A stretch of 64,000 nucleotides of DNA from Raillietiella orientalis (taxonomy: Eukaryota), in assembly GCA_036172245.1 (NCBI GenBank), contig JAYWIR010000010.1, positions 4,154,001 to 4,218,000 on the forward strand, written 5' to 3'. Both the position numbers and the translations under genes were made by a program. Within the stretch, counting starts at the first letter, position 1; each line of letters starts with the position of its first letter. Under the pieces are notes generated by a model. The model was not told the origin of the DNA and did not search any database. It saw only the letters and a program-made list of their open reading frames with translations. Of this stretch, positions 11,201 to 22,700 are shown in pieces.

Positions 11201-13561
11201 CTGGAGAAAGTTGGTTGTAGACTAAGGCTAAGTAGACTTGTGGAAAAAGCAACTGTACAAAGTTCTTTTGAAAGGCACCGACCTCGTTACCAGTTCCTTC
11301 CTATCTCACTCCCAGTGCCCGGGAGGAACTTCCTGGGGACCGAGCAGGGAGGCAGTCCCCTTTGCCTTTCTCCTTTTTCCCAGCGTTCGTCGCGTCCGGC
11401 TCCTGCATGCGGGCGAGGTTCTTCGCTCTCCGAAGAGCATCCCAGAGGGAGAGGAGGGGCGGGGGAAGAGGATTAGTCAATCCTCCCCGCCTCCGGCTCG
11501 CACCTCTCCTCCGCCAGTCACAGGATCGAGATGCCCATGGTGGAGATGTTCGAAGCTTCAGATGAGAGGGGGAAGCAATCCAGTTTGTCATCCGGGATGT
11601 CACTCATTCCCTTGACGAGGCACGGCAAAGAGGCACGAATTTCCTGCTTTCTGGCAGACGCCGCAGAAGCTCTCTCGTGCCGGAGCAGTCGAACGGGAAA
11701 GATGATGACGCGTGGTGACGTTAGCAGCCTGATGGAGGAGGTGTTCCTCCTCCAGCAGCAGGGGTGAACGGGGAGCACAGCACAGCGGCGGGGGAGACGA
11801 AGGATGCAGGGGCTGATGACGCCAGCATGTGACTGGACGTAACTGGGGGAGGAAAGGGGGGAGGGAGGTGGAAGAGGGAAGATGTCAGGAAGGTTTTCCT
11901 GGAAGAAGAGGGAACACCCTCAAGGTGAGGAAGAGCATCGGGAGAAGGAATGCTCCGGCCCTTCGAACGGATGCCGGAAAAAAGTGTCTCCGGAAAACTC
12001 CACTTTCCCAGACGCTTTCGTCAGCTCCCGCCCGCACCAGCAGTGTTCTCCCACCGGATCGCCTCTGCCAAGCGGCACGAGCCAGGAACGGAGGTGGGTT
12101 GAGATCGGTCTCCAAAGAACCAGAGTTGACTGGAACGACCGCAGCTCGCGGCTTCGAAGGATGCTCCCCAGTGGTGGAGCCATGGGTGCTCTGCCTTCCC
12201 CTAAAAAGGACACACGTTTGTATACACCATACCTCATATGTCTCTTCCCAATGCGCAGAGTGAGAGCGTTCCCCACATCCATTAAAAAAGGGGATTTATT
12301 TCAAGTCTGGCAGTGCGCATATGCTTTTCAGAACGGATGGGGGGGGGGGGACACTCCTTTCTGGGGTGCTTCTAAAGGGACGGCTACCTAGCTAAAGCAA
12401 CGGACCGGAGGGCACGCGATCTCTGCACGTGCGTGGACACTATTTCGAGACAATGAGCTCGAGAGTGAATAAAACACCCCGAGGCCTTTTCTCGAGATAA
12501 CGCGAGGGACACAAAAGCCCTTTCCAGAACCTTCATAAGCAATCCCATTGTCAAACCATCCATTAATCCGGGAAGAATATCCTCAGAGAATCCCGTAGCT
12601 TCTAGATTCGTTTTTTTCTAGGTCCGCCGCCCTCCTGGACAGCGTCGCTGTAAGCCGATGCCACGTGATGACTCCGTCGTCGGAACTGACGGCGACAAAA
12701 CCGGAAGCGAATGCGCGCTCCTCTTGCATTTTGGCTGCAGCGCACCCTTTAAAAGCCAGTGTTTTTTTGTTTTTTGTTTTTTTAAAAAAACCCTAAACTA
12801 GCACGTGGGAGACGCACTCTATAAGAAAGGTGTGCGAAAAAAAAAAAGAGAGAAAAGAAATGCTCAAGTGCTTTGGGAACACATGGCAAAAAATATCGAT
12901 GTATCATGCCTCAGCGGAAATTCATGAAAATCGTGCGTGCGCTATCCGCCTGTCTTAGAGAGAAAGATGTGTCTTCAGAAGTGCTTGTACTACTCCACCT
13001 CACGGTTATGCCGAGAAATGACGAGAGCGTTACTCCAGAGGAGCTGCAATAAAAATCAATAAAAAGAAACAGAAGCAAATGCATGCATCGTCCTCGTGTT
13101 CACGATACCTCGGGCAGAAGACGTCATGAACGGAAAGTGTTCTCTTTCTAATGAAAGTGTTACGCTTTTTTAATGAGCGTTATCAAAATCCGGGATATGC
13201 AAGGCGACACGCAGCGCTTCGGAAAAGTGTCAGCAAACGGAGTACACCGTGTGACACCAAAGGTGTACTCCGCGAAACGCGCCCCGCGACGCTTCTGAGC
13301 TTTCGGGGGGGGGGGGAGGCCTGCAGGCATTCCGTCAGAGGCAACAATGGGGAACGGCGCCATGTCTTTTTTTTTTTTTTTTCTTTTCCACTTGTTGCGT
13401 AAACAAACAGATGGCTGCAAATTTTGGACGCTTCGGTTCCCTTTTTTTTTTTTTACCAAAAAAATTGTGATGTGTGGTAATTTTGTTCCTTTAAAAACCT
13501 GAAAGATCACTTTCGCCAGCTTGGGGATCTGATAACAACCAAGTTTGGATCTGTTACGTAC

Positions 13562-13882
13562 ATGAGCGTTTTGAATGCTATGAGGAAACAGCTAAGCGTG
13601 CTGTCTCCTGTTCGGTTCCTGAGCGGATACTTCGTCCCCAAAAAGCAGGTGGATCCCATAATGAACTTTGTGAATGAAAACATCATCATCCAGCTGGGGA
13701 TAGCGGTCGTTGTCCTCACTTCAGCGTTCATCTCCTTTTTCCTTTATTCCTTTGCGAAAGTCATCTACGAACAAGGAAAAATTGATAAAGTTTCAAGACA
13801 GTTGGATGCAACTCTGCAAGTGTTGCAGTGCTTTCCTTTAGATAATCCAAAGATGGATGACTCCTCTCAGGTGAACTATTAA
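13562..13882 (+). CDS. Candidate single-pass small membrane protein (106 aa), no family recognised
   Basis: ATG-initiated ORF in an AT-richer pocket. Basic N-terminus, one clear hydrophobic stretch (IIIQLGIAVVVLTSAFISFFLYSFAKVIY), then an amphipathic segment (EQGKIDKVSRQLDATLQVLQ). Confidence 0.35.
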   Translation: MSVLNAMRKQLSVLSPVRFLSGYFVPKKQVDPIMNFVNENIIIQLGIAVVVLTSAFISFFLYSFAKVIYEQGKIDKVSRQLDATLQVLQCFPLDNPKMDDSSQVNY

Positions 13883-16827
13883 TGTGTCAATTTTCGTGAT
13901 AAATTTATTCATGAAAGCAGCTGATATTTATGAGAGAGCTAATGCTTAGTGGCTTCCAGAATTCTCTCTTTTTGGTATCAAATAATATAATTGCAAGGAA
14001 GGAAAGAACACTTGGCTTCTTTCTCACGATGTTCTTCATTGCTCTTTGCATTGAATGCAAGATCCGAAAAATGCTTTCCTAAAAGCGGAATGATGCAGGA
14101 GGGGAGGGATATCTTTTGACTTCGTTCCGAGCTCAGTACACAGTGATTTCAGGATCACCTCCTCTCTAATTTCATCACTAGTGTCATTAGGGAACTTATC
14201 TCGCAAGAAACAACGGTTGACCTCAAAATTCCCTGGCACTGGTCCATTGCCCAATCATCGATCGATCCCAAATTCTTTCGCCATTAAGAGAACATAAAGA
14301 CGGAATGTTTGTTCGTGAGCTTTGGAGCTGACTGCTGCCATCACTCGCGACCGTCGCCGGGAGGAGGATCAAAATGCCTTTAACGGGTGTTCCTCGAGAC
14401 CCCTGCTCCTTCCCGCTTTTAGGCCGCCGCCATCTCGAATCCGCATCCTTCCACACTCCCTCTAAGTCAGGTGCTTTCCCAAAGCGCCGAGCAAGACAGA
14501 AAATCTTTCGGAGCGTCGCTTTCGACCCCTTGCCCCGGCCTGCCGTTCAAAGAGGGGAGCGGGGGTGAGCCGTCGAAGCGGACAGCTCGAGAGGATGGCC
14601 GGGCACCATCGCTGCCGAGTTCTCTTGACGGCAGCACTTTCGTGCAAGAGGCGCCGCCACCATCTTTCCATACGCCACTGGAAACGTTTGCCAGTAGGGC
14701 CGCTGCATGAGACAGGAAGGCACCGTTCTTCTCTCTCATCGGGCTTTCTCGGTCACTACCGCCTCTGTTCGCTCCCCAAAATGTCAAGTGCGCAAGTGCG
14801 ACGGTTTTCCTCTCCGAACGCGCTCCGCAAATCTTTGCTTGCTTCCGCGCATTTCGCCGCCGCCATCATTGTGGTACTAAAGTGTTTCTTCCACCGATCG
14901 AAGACACCCTCGTTGCCGACACGGTCATGTCCCTGGCCTCTTTGAGTCCGAGAGGGTTGGGAATGGCAGCTGGCAATGGTGGAAGGAATGACTTGGAAAG
15001 AGGACCGGGGGAAGGTCGCACCAGCTGCTCGGTCCGCCTCCTTCCCCCTCACTGTCGCGATACGTCACCAAAAAAAGCCCCAGTCGCCATCAAGGGCCAG
15101 AACCTCGCACAAGAGGTCAGTCATAGGGGGATTTTCTCCTTCGCTTCAACTCCCTTATGGTCAGTTGTCTTTGCTGCCCTTCGATTCGATCCTGTGCGGC
15201 CGCGCGGTCCCCACCTGCACCCTCGCAACGAATCTACACCATCATCATCCTCTCGTGCTTCCATGCAAGTTCGAGTCCAAGTTGAGCAGGGGAGCGGGCT
15301 GATGCGATGGAAGAATGCCGTGAGATGAGAATCTTTTCCGGAATCTGAGAAGTGGCGCTGCGTTTTCTCCGGATGACATGGATGCTGTGTGGTCTTTCTC
15401 TGGATCGGGATCGATCTCGCCCACCCCTGTGCGCGAGACAGACTGTCCGGAAGATCTCAGAGGAGGTTCCCTACCGCTAAGCGTATTCCAGGAAGAGGCG
15501 TTCTTTTAGAATTCCCTTCCCGCCTGCCCGCCCACCCATCCACTCACTCCTGGAAAGCGGGCGGAATTCCGCGCCGTTGTCGCCATCCCGTCCTCGTCCC
15601 GTCTTTTCCAGAGCCCCCTCTGTTCGCCAGAACCCGTGGCCCGCGCGGGACGCGTCTCGCACTGTGCTTCCAACGGAAAGAAGTCATTCTCCGCCCCTTC
15701 CTCCTCCCCCCCTTCCGCTTCCTCGACTCTCGGACGTCCTGTTTCCGCTCAGAAGGGGAGGCAGGACGGAGACAAGCGAAGGACAGCGGCTCGTCCTTCT
15801 CTCTCCTTCCTTCCCCGAGGGGGCTTTGGATCTGGGATACATCGGTAACGACGCAAGCTCGTTTTTCAACGGAAGCGATCTGCGTCGAGCGTCCTCCGGC
15901 AGTCGCTCTCGCTGCCCCTTCGAAGGTGCATCAGCAAGCAAGCCGGACGCCAGCCTACTCACGAGAGAAGGAAGGAAGTCCGCTCTTGGAGACAAAGGAC
16001 GCGTGACTCTTTGCCGCCACCACTCTGAAACGCACAAGGGAGAAACTCGAAGGAAGGAAGGAGGCGGTGCAGTGTCGTGCGGCTTGTCGCCACACCCGAG
16101 CGCGCTCTCCTAGCAGTGGCAGCTGACTTGTTCCCCTCTTTCGCGGGGGAAGCCCTCCTCTTCCTCCTGGCGACATTTCCTTCTGACTGCCTCCCGCCTC
16201 ATAAATCTCTTTCCCTATCCACTCCCTTTTTGTCGAGAGCCTAGCGCAGTACTCGCACTTGCAGCGTCCCTGTTTCCAAGCAGCTCAGGCGGCAGGCATG
16301 ACGTCACTCGCGTCACGGGGGTGGGTGCATGCGTGAGGCAACGGGGAGCCGCCGTTGGACGCGACAGTCAAGGGAAACTAAGACTGCGGGGGATCTGCAA
16401 GAGCACACCTTCGTTTATCCTTGATCTACCCTTCCGACCCGGGCTTGTGCAAAGGCAGGCAGGTTGCACCCTCACCTCTTGGCATCCGATGAATTGCGAG
16501 CGCTCCTCGTCGCTTCGGCTGCGAAGACTCCAAGGTACGCATGGCGACGCTGCGTACCGCTTCTCGCTATCCGAGCGAACCCTGGACGCTGCGGAGAAGG
16601 CATGGAGGGGAGTGAAAGTCTCAAAACGAGTATGGAAATCGCCGGGAACCACTGTGCCCCGTCGTATTCCCCAGGAAGGGGGAGTTCACCTGCTTCCCAG
16701 ATCATCAGCAGACCTTACGTCACGCCGTTCCTCGGAGCCGCTCTGATTGGTCTGTTCGAAACTTCGTGGCAATCCTCCAGGGTGGCGGAAGCCATTTTCC
16801 AAGCGTAGCGTTCAGATGCTCTCCGCA

Positions 16828-16842
16828 TCACGTGACTCCGCA
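16828..16842 (+). promoter_or_regulatory. Overlapping E-box (TCACGTGA) and antioxidant-response-element match (GTGACTCCGCA) upstream of the GST-like gene
   Basis: Matches RTGACnnnGC about 410 nt upstream of the GST ATG at 17252. A perfect CRE (TGACGTCA) lies at 16299-16306. Motif matches only. Confidence 0.25.
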
Positions 16843-17122
16843 TCCGCAAATGCAGGGAGCTGCGCAGGCCGGCGGTTGGGAATTGGAATACCCAACAAGT
16901 TGCTGCTGCTGTTTCGTACGTCCCAAGCGCAAAGTGAAGGCAGGCAGCCCCTCAATTTCGTGTACCGGGAGGCAGATGCATGTTTGGGGTTGCCCTTGAG
17001 CTGGCCAACATGGCGTCCGAAACGCCACTGCTCACCGTTTACCGTGTCGCTCCGCTCCCCCACAATTAACGAATGCACATCCTATCATTACTCATATCCC
17101 ATCATTATCTTCCAGGATAGTT

Positions 17123-17192
17123 TGTGTATGTGTGTGTGTGTCTGTGTCTGTGTGTGTGCATGCTTTTTCTTTTTTTTTTAAAAAAAAAAAAA
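17123..17192. repeat. Imperfect (TG)n microsatellite followed by a T10A13 tract
   Basis: TGTGTATGTGTGTGTGTGTCTGTGTCTGTGTGTGTG at 17123-17158; T10 at 17170-17179; A13 at 17180-17192. Confidence 0.9.
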
Positions 17193-17251
17193 GAAGGGTT
17201 AAATGCTTCTCGGGAAACGCTTGAGAGATGAGGAAGCGAAGCTGTGCAAGC

Positions 17252-19798
17252 ATGCCTGTATTTTTCTTGCAGCTCGGTTGCGTCAAACTGCTGTATTCGG
17301 ACGAGCGGGGATTCTTCGCCTTGCCCGTTCTGATCCTCAAGTACGGAAACCAGAAATTCCAGGGCACGCGTTGCTCCGCGAAGGAGTGGGAGGAAAAACG
17401 CGCAAGTAAGAAGTCGCTTCGGCTCGAGGCGGACACGCGCTCTCCTGCGAGGTGGAGGAAGGGAGGGGAGGAGGAGAAGAGCGAGAGAACGGGGAATTCG
17501 GGAAAGGAGGGGGGGAGGAGGAGGAAGGGGTCGCGCGCGGGATGCACGACCCGCCCAGTCGGCGGGCACACCAGTCCTCGTTTACCCTGGCGCTGCTGCT
17601 CTTCCGAGCTCCTCCGCACCTGTCGGGGGGAGGGAGCTCTTCCCGTGCGAGGAGGCGTCCCGAAATATCCCGGCCTGTTCCAGGGACCACGGGGTTCCCG
17701 TCTTCCTGGGCCCTACCCCTTATTCCCGGAGGCATCGCGGGAGGGAAGGAGCGGGCGCATCAACCACCTCCTTTCCTCTTCCGGCTTCCTCCTGCGGGCC
17801 AGAAGGTGCGAGCGGCCGTAGGACCGTTCCTCCGCCGCGTGCGTGGAGGCAGGGCTACCGCGCGAGGGCCCCCCGCAATAGGGAGGAGGCGGAAGATTCC
17901 GTCGCCCTCCTGGGGTCCCCGGGTCCATCCGGCGGGGCCTGTGAGGGAAGCATGGGCTGCTGCGGGATCGGACTGGGTCTTCCCGGCCTTTCAGTGGAGG
18001 GCCTCGAGGGGAGGTTCCAGCGGGATGGTGGACGACGACCTTAGGGCGGAACCTCCTCTCTTGTTCATCTATCCCTTCTCCCTTGCAGCTGCTCCGGGAA
18101 GCGGCGCGCCAGGCGCCGTGCTTTTCTTTATTTTTTTTGCGTCGCTGACCCAGTGAAGAACACGCGCCTAGGCGACGAGGGACGAGCCGCTGAGGGCCCT
18201 ACCCCTCCCCTGCTGATTGAGGGCCCGTTTCTCGCTCCGTGGAATCGGCGGGTCTGCTCTCCTCCTCCCAGCGAGTCCCCGACCATCCTCGCAGGGAGCG
18301 CAGATCGCGTCACACCTCCGGTCTTCGGCGGATCGCCCTCGGGTCACCCTTTCTTCCGTGCATCCCGCGATCGACCTGAGGTCTCCGCATCGTGAGGGAG
18401 GGGAAGGCCTTCCATCGCGGAAGGGGAGCATCGGGAAGAGCACGCGCTTCCCATCCCTTTTGGGGGCGAGGCGAAATGTCGGCGGGAACGGCGCAGCCTG
18501 GTGGTCCGGAACTCGCCTGACCACATCTTCCAGGCTTCCGCCTGGAAGGGGCGAGTGGGCAGGCGAGCGGACGGCATTGGGTGGAGGATGGGGGAGAAAC
18601 GGCAACAGCACGCCTTCTGCTTCCCACCCCCCCGGCTCTTCATCGTTCGGTTCCTTGCCCGGAGGGGGAGGGGCCTGATGCAGGCACCGGCCCGTTGGCT
18701 TGTCCTCCTCCCCGAAATCGGTCCCTCAAGTCTCGACCGTAGGGCAGGAGTTGTGCGCACCACCAACCCACCCCTTTTTCCTTCCCTGCTTTCATGCCAA
18801 CTGTGGGGCTCGAGGACTTCTCTGTTTACCGGTGGAAGAATCCGGCAGGAGAAACGGGGTAGGGGAAGGAGACGCCGCCTCCTTGGGGCACCTTCGTCGC
18901 TGATCTTCCAGGGGAGAGGGGGGGCTGCCCCCTACCGTCCTACATCGCTGATGCGGGGCGGGGGAGGGAGGGAGGGAAGAGGCCCCGAGGCATACCTCCC
19001 ATCGTCCTCCCTCACCCAGCCGTCTCTCACCAGGAATGTCCCAGGGCGAAGGCGACGCCGCCCAACGGGAAGAGGCGGCGTTCTTCGCGGACGGGACTCC
19101 AGTGAAGAACGGCATCGCCTTCTGCCGCTTCCTATCCAGGAAGTTCGGCCTGGACGGCAAGTCCAACTGGGACTCTGCGGTCTGCGACATGCTGGTGGAG
19201 TGGTCAGTGCCCTACCTCTCCGCCGTGGACGTCTGCCGGTGAGGCGGCCGCCTTCGTTCGGCCCCCCCTCCCCTCCCCTTCCATCGGGGCTCACGGGGCG
19301 CACGGGAGTGGGCCGTAGGGCGAGCGCCGTGTCGAAGGAAGCCGCCATCCTGCACCGGGAGGCCAGGGAAGCCTGCCAGGAGTACTTCGCCTCCATGGAC
19401 ATGTTCGTCCGCAAGTTCCGGCAACCCGGGGGGTTCCTCGTCTGCGAGGAGGTAAGCGGGGAATGGTGGTCGCGGTGCGCCCCCCCTCCCCCTCCTTCCT
19501 TCCTCCCGGAGTCTGCTGCCGTCACCCGAGCGGGAGCGCGGATGCCGCCGATGCGCTGTCCTGCGGTCCCCCTTTCGGAGGCCTCACTCTCTCATCCCTT
19601 CTTTCCCTTCTCCTCCCCCTTCACTCCGATCCGTAGGTGACTTGGGCCGACCTGTGCGTCGGGTACGTCCTCTGCGAGCTCAGCGGCCGCTTCCCCCAGC
19701 AGATGGCAGTCCACCGCCCGCTCTGCGACTACTACAAGCACGTGATGTCCCTGCCGGAGGTCAGAGCTCTCGTGGAGAAGCGCTCCAGGAGGAAATGA
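17252..19798 (+). CDS. Divergent sigma-class-like glutathione S-transferase fold protein (~217 aa)
   Basis: Exons 17252(or acceptor at 17273)-17405, 19034-19238, 19319-19451, 19637-19798; GT-AG, phases 1/2/0, all compatible. Landmarks: VKLLYSDERG..LILKYGNQKFQGTRCSAKEW (cf. YKLTYFD.RG..LLAYGGQ.FED.R....EW); DGTPVKNGIAFCRFLSRKFGLDGKSNWDSAVCDMLVE (cf. DGK.L.QS.AI.RYLA..FGL.GK..WE.A.VDMIVD); GGFLVCEEVTWADL (N-capping box); YYKHVMSLPEVRALVEKR. The start is uncertain: in-frame ATG at 17252, or an upstream exon spliced to 17273. Confidence 0.85.
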
Positions 19799-22700
19799 GA
19801 GAGGACACCAGCGGGAAGGGGCGGGGAGGAGCTCAAAGGAAATTAAAAAAACACACACACACAATCTCCACGACCGGACGCTTTGTGGGGCTGCGTCGAT
19901 CCTTGGAGCTCTCCGCGAGGTGGACAGGGAGGATTTGCTTCCGCCGAGCCCAGAGACGAGCCGGCCTCCAGAGAGGATGATGGCAGGGAGTAGCACAACC
20001 AAGACCCTTTTTGAGCCGGTTTTCCTCCCGGTCCCATCCTCCGGCCCGCTCGAGGGGCGTCCTCGTCACCGTTCCTTCTCTTCCCCTCACCTGCCCCGAT
20101 AGAGTGCGAGAGGTAGGGGAAAAAGCAGCACCCCGGGCGGCCATCCCGATGTTGCCGCAGCGGGGGGAGCCCCGCGGGCAGGATCCGCCCGTGCCTGTCG
20201 AGCGGGAACGCCCCTTCGCCGCTGCTGCGTGCGCCCTGGGGGAATAAAAGAAGGGAGGATGGGAGAGCAGGAGAGCAACAGCGCACGCGTATCTCCGTTT
20301 CCTCCCGTCTCCGACGTGCGGGCGCTCCTGCCTCAGGCGAAAAGGACCGCACCGTTCTACCGGGAAGTCCCTCCGCCTTCGCGGAGGAAAGAGTCCCTTC
20401 GCCCTCGTGGAAAACGGGAATGGGGGAAGGTAAGGAGCGGGGAGACCCGCGGCGAGAAGGGCGCGCGCACACCACGTCGGCCGACACCCCGCGAAGATCC
20501 CGTCTCGTCCTCAGCAAGCAGAGAGGCGACCAACCGCCTTCCTATGCGGGGGTGGGTGAGATAAGGAGCGTTTTGCTGCTGCGGCGGCGGCAGCGATGTG
20601 ATCTCCGCTGAAGGGCTGCTGCTCCACTCCGGAGGGCAAGGCTACGGGCGGCGTTCCACCAGGAGCGTATCTCTCGGGAAACCGCCGCGACCTTGGCAAC
20701 CTGCCTCCCTGGCGGCAAGGATGGACCGCTAGGAAGGCGGTGGCGCGCGCTCGACCACTGTTGACCTTTTTCGGGTTCGGAGCCGCAGCTCCGTTCCGCT
20801 GGAGCCAAAGCCAAAGGAGCACCAGTGCGCGTGGTCCTCCTCCCGCGGGTGGAGACGCCTCGTTTCCACGAAAACATCCTTGGAGGATGGAGCGCGGGCG
20901 CCGCATCCTCCTGACCCCTCCCTCTCATCGGCAGTCTGGCGATCGCTTCTAGGAGGATCTGCGAAAGACGAGAAGACCTCCTCGTCCTCCACCCTTCTCC
21001 TTCCTTCCTGTTGGCTCGCCCAAACACCCGAGGTGGGGATGAGACCACACGGACGTCGTCGCCCTGTAGTCCGAGTGCACCGCTCTTCCTCTTCGCAGCG
21101 CACTCCCCAGAGAAGCACCGTCCACACGATCCAAGGAGAGAGCGAGGCCTGCATTTCATCATCTCCGGACAGCGAATGGAGCTGTGGAAAAGTAAGGGAG
21201 CGGGCACGAGGCAGGTAGCGACGATGACCGGACCCGATCTCTAGAGAAGGCAGAAGCAGCGGGCGCCGGTCCGGAAGTGCCTGTTCTGTCCTTACTTCGA
21301 GAGACCGGGCGTCCCGGTGCAGCCGAGGGAGGGCTGCAAAGGTCGCCGGCCGACCTGGTGGGGGCGTGGCTAGGCCGCCACCGCCTCTGGACACCTGCGG
21401 CGTCTCCGCAGCTCCCTTCCCTCGAGCACGGAACCGAACCGGATGCGCGGTCTCTGATCCCGTCCTGCACTGCAGGAAGGGAGGGACAGAGGGAGGGGAG
21501 GAGGGGTGAATCGCACCACCTTCCGTGCAAACCTGCAACCATCGTGCGGCGGCGACTGGCATGCGCTACGTCGCGTTGCACGACATACGTGCATTCGCGC
21601 GCGCACAGATTTCGTTCGAGCGTGCGCGCATCCTTGCGTGTCTCCGGTTTTTTTTTTTTTTCTCCCTGACCAGCTATGTATAGACCAGTATGGGGGAGTA
21701 CGGAAAAACGGTCCCGAGAAAGGGAAGTAGCCAGGGGATGGGAAAGGGGGACAAGCGAAGAGGAGAGGACCGATTTCAGCCTAGGGAGACACCTCTTCTA
21801 ACGAAGGCATGCATATTTCGAAACCACAAGTGGCGGGAGGCAACGGCAGCATTTTCCCGGCGAGGAAGCCAGGTGTTCTTTGGGGCAAACGAGCCCTTCG
21901 GGATGGGTTTCTGGCCAACACTGGAAGCATCCTGGCCCGGACTCTACCACTGAGCTCAGGTGCAGCCACGCCACATCTTTCCTTGCTGTGTTTTTCACCC
22001 GTAGCGTCGAGATTTCCGCCAGTGGGTCGAGGAGGAGGAAGCACACGGAAACGGAGCAAGGATCTTGCGATCGGCAACTGCGAAGGTTTAGACTTTGGTC
22101 GTGCGAGTCTGTTCTCGGGAGTCACCGAAAGTTCCTCCCCTCCCCCGCCAAAGCGGAAAACCCGTCGCGGTGCACCCATGCTGACTCATTTTTACGTGCA
22201 ACGGCACAAAGCGGCGCACTAAACCTCAACGAGAGGAGAAATTAACATCGCACTCGCAACCCACTACTGACCAATGACACTTTGCTCGCGTCCACCGTGC
22301 TGACGAAAATCCATGCGGAGACAAGTTGCTCGTTTCCTGCCCAAGAGCGTTCATCGCGAAATTGGACGCGCTCGCTCTCTCTCCCGCCTCGTACTAGTCC
22401 TAGGCCTATCGACAAGCTCCCTCGTTCACGTTTACGTTGCGAAAAGGAAGGAAAAAGAAAGAAACCCCACGCGGGTGTGAAATAAACCCCTTAATTTCTC
22501 CTCATATTTTCGCAAAAGTGGGGAGATTCGATCCTTTGTTTATCTGATGTTTGAGATCCTTCCTGCTCCCCGAACAAAGCAGGCATTATTTTCCTTATTC
22601 ACCAGATCAGCAATACCAATCGCAATCGCCACATTCGCTTCCTTCCTTTCATTACTCTCAATTATTTATGTACAACAAATCGTTATCTGACTTCGCTTAA

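Noticed and set aside
12665..12690. GTGATGA...CTGA box C/D' pair
   Set aside because: No terminal box D at a suitable distance. It overlaps an E-box and lies beside an ETS-like CCGGAAG, so it is more simply promoter-like or chance.
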